From Carcharhinus amblyrhynchos (taxonomy: Eukaryota), in contig OZ336876.1 of NCBI GenBank assembly GCA_965287045.1, positions 26,722,001 to 26,786,000 on the forward strand: a stretch of 64,000 bases of DNA. The letters are read 5' to 3'. A program made the position numbers and the translations under genes. This document shows, piece after piece, positions 59,909 to 64,000 of the stretch. The notes beneath the pieces were generated by a model. That model saw only the letters and a list, made by a program, of their open reading frames with translations. It made no database searches and had not been told where the DNA came from. Within the stretch, counting starts at the first letter, position 1, and every line of letters starts with the position of its first letter.

Positions 59909-62459
59909 GGACAGGATTTTAGCAGCAACAGTGAAGTTCTGCCAGCAGAATGAAATGACTGTGCCACCCAACAGCAATGGCTAACTTACTGCTACAAAGT
60001 CCCACAACACCTGGTTAAAGTCCAACAGGTTTGTTTATTAGCATGAGCCTTCAGAGCACTGCCCTTTTATCAGGTGAGTGGAGAGTTGGGTTCACAAACA
60101 GGGCATTTACAGACACAGACTTAGTTACAAGATAATGGTTGGAGTGCGAGTCTTTACAGGTAATCAAGTCTTTACAGCTACACATAATGTGAGCGGAGAG
60201 AGGGTTAAGCACAGGTTAAAGAGGTGTGAATTGTCTCAAGCCAGGACAGTTAGTGAGATTTTGCAAGCCCAGGCAAGTCATGGGGGTTACAGATGGCGTG
60301 ACATGAACCCAAGATCCCGGTTGAGGCTGTCCTCATGCGTGCGGAACTTGGCTATCAGTTTCTGCTCACTGATTCTGTGTTGTCGTGTGTCTTGAAGGCC
60401 GCCTTGGAGAACGCTGAATGCCCTTGACTGCTGAAGTGTTCTCATATAGGAAGGGAAAACTCCTGCCTAATAATTGTTCAGTGCTGTCCATTCATCTGTT
60501 ATTGTTGCATCTGCATGGTCTCATTGATTTACCATGCCTTGGGACATCCTTTCCTGCAGTGTATCAGTGTAACAATGTTGGCCGAGTTGCAAGAGTATGT
60601 ACCGCATACCTGGTGGATGGTGTTCTCCTTGATGGAGATGCCTGTGTCCAAAACTTCTGGAGAGTAATACATGGTGAGTCTGTTGGTGGGATGGAACTTG
60701 TTGATGTCATTATGTAGTTGTTTCAGTGATTGTTTGCTGTGAGTCCAAATGAAAGAAAGAAAATGTCATCGATGTATCTAGTGTACAGCATCGGCTGAAG
60801 GTCCTGTGCGGTGAAGAAGTCTTGTTTGAACCTGTGCATGAAGATGTTGGCATATTGAGGTGTGAATTTGGTCCCCATGGCTGTTCAGTGAGTCTGGGTG
60901 AAGAACTGTTTGTTGAAGGTGAAGACGTTGTGGTCCAGGATGAAGCGAATGAGTTGTAAATTACTTCTGGAACTTGGCAGTTGTCGGCGTTGAGTACTGA
61001 GGCAGCTGCAGCAATGCCATCGTCGTGGGGGATGCTGATCTAGAGTGCCAAGACATCCATTGTGACAAGGAGTGCTCCTGGTTCAACTGCTCCATGTGTG
61101 CTGAGTTTCTGTAGGAAGTCCATAGTGTAGCAACAGAAGCTAAGGGTTCTTGGCACGATGGGTTTCAGGATGCCCTCAACGTAGAAGGAGAGGTTTTCAC
61201 ACAGGTTCCCATTGCCTGATTCGATGGGATGGCCAGGTGGCCTTGTGTATCTTTGGGAGGCAGTAGAGATCTCCAATATGGGGAGTACGTGGGATGAGTG
61301 CACACAGGGTGCTCTGAAGGTCCGGGTCAAAGTCTTGATCAGTCTGTTCAGTTGGGTGTGGATCTGCGGGTAACTGTCTGCAGTGTTCCTCATTGTTCAG
61401 TTGTTTGTACACTTCCTTGCAGTAATCCATTCTGTTCAGTATGACGATGGCCCCTCCTTTGTCTGCTGGTTTGATGACAATGTTGTGGTTGGTCTTGAGA
61501 ACATGAATGGCGTTGCATTGTGCTTGGGTGCCTTTCGGGCTGTCTTGTGAGTGTGGCTAATGAATCTGGCATTGATGCACCGCTTGATGGCTTGGGCATA
61601 CATGTCGAGGCGAGGGCAGCGGCCTTCCGGAGGGGTCCAATTCGACTCTTTCCTCTTTGGTTGCTGCACTGTGGATCTCTCCCTCGGCTGTTCTGGTTCA
61701 TTCGCTGTCTCATTGGGTTCGCTGTTGGCCTCTTGGGGTTTGTGGAAGAACTCCCACCGTCTCATTCGCCTGATCAATTCCTCTCTGTCTGCTGTGAGAC
61801 TGATGGGGTCCATTTTGGTGGTGGGACAGAAGTTGAGCCCTTGGCTGAGAACTTCGATTTCGTCTGGTTGAAGAGTGTAGTCTGACAAGCACTCCAAAAG
61901 TTTGTGCTACCAAATTAATCTGTTGGACTTTAACCTGGTGTTGTGAGACTTCTTACTGTGTTTACCCCAGTCCAACGCCGGCACCTCCACATCACAACTT
62001 ACTGGTAGCAGCTGCAGGACTGTTGACCAAGTAAGTTTGATGGTCCTGCCTCTCTGAGCTGCTGGCAAATCGGAGTGTTGGCAGCTCAACAGCACCGCTG
62101 ATAGAGGTGGCTGCTGCCAAGGTGGCAGAGAGCACCCTCAGAAGCTACATAAGCTTTCTTTTAATGTGTCAAGGTCAGGCAGGCAGACCTAGACCCTCTG
62201 GGCAATCACTGAGAGACTGCCTTGATGTATCTGGCGATCTTCCCTCACAGCAGAGGGCAATCCAGGCAGCAGGGAGGTAAAATTACCCTTAATGGGTCAG
62301 CTATTTGGATTGACTGGCTGCCACCCTCCAGTCAGTGGACGGCTAAGTTGCTGCCATTCTGGGAATGTTCCATGCCGGTGGGAAGACATTCAGACTTTAG
62401 ACACCTTTTCCATTTGACAAACTCTCCCGCCTCCCAGCCCGTCTGCTAAAGTCCTGGCC
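59909..62459. mobile_element. MITE (about 550 bp, 17-bp TIRs) split by the Penelope-like insertion
   Basis: TIRs GGACAGGATTTTAGCAG (59909-59925) and CTGCTAAAGTCCTGGCC (62443-62459), 15/17 complementary; 3-bp flanks GTG and ATG. Confidence 0.6.
59996..61995 (-). mobile_element. 5'-truncated Penelope-like retroelement (RT plus GIY-YIG) bounded by inverted terminal repeats, with a target-site duplication
   Basis: LSDYTLQPDEIEVLSQGLNFCP, LYCLPKIHK, LLVTMDV, AMGTKFTPQYANIFM and RYIDDIF (60780-60761); GIY-YIG-like NIVTLIHCRKGCPKAW*INET (about 60590-60515). Terminal repeats at 59996-60080 (minus) and 61889-61995 (plus); flanking direct repeat AACTTACTG(C/G)TA at 59983-59994 and 61996-62007. Confidence 0.9.
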
Positions 62460-62560
62460 ATGGTATGGAACACTTAAACTCACACTTGTAAGGAACTAAG
62501 TTTGTGACATACTGCTGACTTAGCACAGGACTGCCATACTCACATGGATCGATCACGTAC

Positions 62561-62735
62561 CTGCTGTCATGTGATGGATAGGGGTGGCGATGTTGATATC
62601 TTGAAGATGCTCAAGAGTCTCAGTGTGAAACAAGCGAAGAGCCGACCCAGAACTGAAGGCGATCCAGACTCCGACACCAGCCACAGCCATGTGCGAGATC
62701 AACATCCCTTCTTCCTGATGGGCTTCAAACTGATG
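62561..62735 (-). CDS. ARHGEF10: ARHGEF10 coding exon (175 nt, phase 0-1); further upstream exons lie beyond the window
   Basis: CTCCTTTCACATTTTCAG|CAT CAG TTT GAA...ATG ACA GCA G|GTACGT; peptide [58 protein letters not shown](G). Confidence 0.95.
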
Positions 62736-62910
62736 CTGAAAATGTGAAAGGAGCAAGGATTGTAAATAAAAACAAATTCAATAATAATCAGTCAAAAGAA
62801 GTTAAATCCCAGGTCCAGTAGCTTGGTGCTAAAACAACGCCTGGCTAACAAAAACGTGAATTTTTGTACTGCCTTTGATATAGCTTAAAATCCTCAGTGT
62901 AATAAAAACA

Positions 62911-63225
62911 GGGATGACACGGGGCACAGTGGTTAGCACTGCTGCCTCACAGCGCCAGGGACCTGGGTCCAATTCAGGCCTTGGGTCGCTATGTGGAGTT
63001 TGCACATTCTCCCCATGTCTCCGTGGGTTTCCTCTGTGTGCTCCTGTTTCCTCCCACAGTCCAAAGATGTGTGCATTCGGTTGATTGACCGTGCTAAATT
63101 GACCCTTAGTGTCAGGGGGATTTGGAGGGTAAATACATGAGTAGGGCCTGGATAGGATTGTGGGTACAGACTCGATGGGCCCAGATGGTCTCTTTCTGCA
63201 CTGTAGGGATTCTACGGATTCCATG
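62911..63225 (+). mobile_element. Full-length HE1-like V-SINE
   Basis: tRNA-derived head GGCACAGTGGTTAGCACTGCTGCCTCACAGCGCCAGGGACCTGGGTCCAATTC, V-domain, and CR1-type tail GACTCGATGGGCCCAGATGG...CTGTAGGGATTCTACGGATTCCATG. Confidence 0.92.
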
Positions 63226-63414
63226 AAGATAAGAAAGCAAAAGGCGGGAGATACAAGGAAGGGTGACAACAAGGTTGGTCAAAGAAGAGGTTTTTAAGGA
63301 TGTTGTTAAAGAAGATGAAGGACGTGAAGCAATATTCTCCAGCTGATTTCTGAATTCTTTTAATTCTGGCCTCTCATACATCCCCAATTTTAATCACTAT
63401 AATCAGGCAGGAGG

Positions 63415-63625
63415 TTCTAAGCTCTGGAATTCTCTCCCTCTTGTTCTTCAATGCTTCTCTATTTTCCTTTCCTCTTTTTAACACATTCCTTAAAACTTTT
63501 ATTTACCTGGCCTGAATCTCTGTATGTGGCTCAGTGTCAGATCTTAGTCTGATTCAGTCTCTGGTGCCTTGGAATGCTTTACAACATCAAATATTTTTTA
63601 CAGATTCGAATATTTATTGTTGTTG
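63415..63625 (+). mobile_element. L2-like LINE 3' end
   Basis: CTAAGCTCTGGAATTCTCTCCCT...CCTTAAAAC...TATGTGGCTCAGTGTCAGAT...TTGTTGTTG. Confidence 0.55.
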
Positions 63626-64000
63626 AAATGGGGAGATTTAGGATGGGGCCTTGTGGGATGCAAGCAGGTCTATGAATGCTGGAGCTAATGCTGGCATTTG
63701 TAATTGGAACTCCTTGGACATGCCCACTGGGTGTGTGCCCAGTCCTTGATTGGAACAGGGGATGAAGAATAGCATGCTCTGACTTTTTTTCTTGGGGAAT
63801 AGAACAGCCACATCAAGCAACTCGTTTCTGAAAACCTAGGCAAAACTACTGTGAAACTTCAAGGCCGTCACAAATAGAGAGGTCCTCTGGAAATCAGTAT
63901 CTGCTCATAAATGAAGACACTCACTGTATGGTTAGTACTTGAGTAAAACTTACATTTGTGAAATATTAGCTACATGAGGTAATCGTAACTAGGCTTGAGA

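Noticed and set aside
62538-62545. Second donor-like GTGAGT 17 nt into the intron after the 62561 exon end
   Set aside because: Its use would shift the frame and include an in-frame TGA; the CAG|GTACGT donor gives the conserved in-frame junction.
62911-62990. tRNA-like sequences with A/B boxes (also at about 11760-11819, 47960-48028, 53170-53230 and 55380-55446)
   Set aside because: They run directly into SINE bodies and do not form a complete cloverleaf; they are SINE heads, not tRNA genes.

Overview
Vertebrate genomic DNA, almost certainly from a shark or other elasmobranch, judged from the repeat content: HE1/V-SINEs, Deu-domain SINEs, CR1 and L2 LINE fragments, and Penelope-like elements. 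There are two protein-coding genes, both on the minus strand. The first is the 3' end of ARHGEF10, with three coding exons at 62735-62561, 48517-48395 and 39458-38926, all with GT-AG junctions and matching phases. The second, downstream, is KBTBD11, whose whole BTB-BACK-Kelch ORF (14346-11884) lies in one very GC-rich exon; its acceptor is at 14688 and its probable promoter and leader exons are at about 19.9-20.9 kb. This order matches the human ARHGEF10-KBTBD11 synteny as I recall it. The rest is AT-rich intron, UTR or intergenic DNA with many decayed, often nested transposons. Most worth a second look: (1) a ~210-bp inverted-repeat element with a minimal hammerhead-ribozyme motif in each arm, plus further hammerhead remnants in Penelope-like termini; (2) a uORF-dense KBTBD11 leader, including a predicted spliced 40-aa uORF and a uORF overlapping the main ATG; (3) a 189-aa N-terminal extension ahead of the Met that appears to match the human start; (4) a SINE-in-SINE foldback; (5) two perfect 19-23 bp hairpins. 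I found no CRISPR array, rRNA or true tRNA gene. Repeat boundaries were read by eye and are approximate. Family names and human comparisons come from memory, not from a database search.
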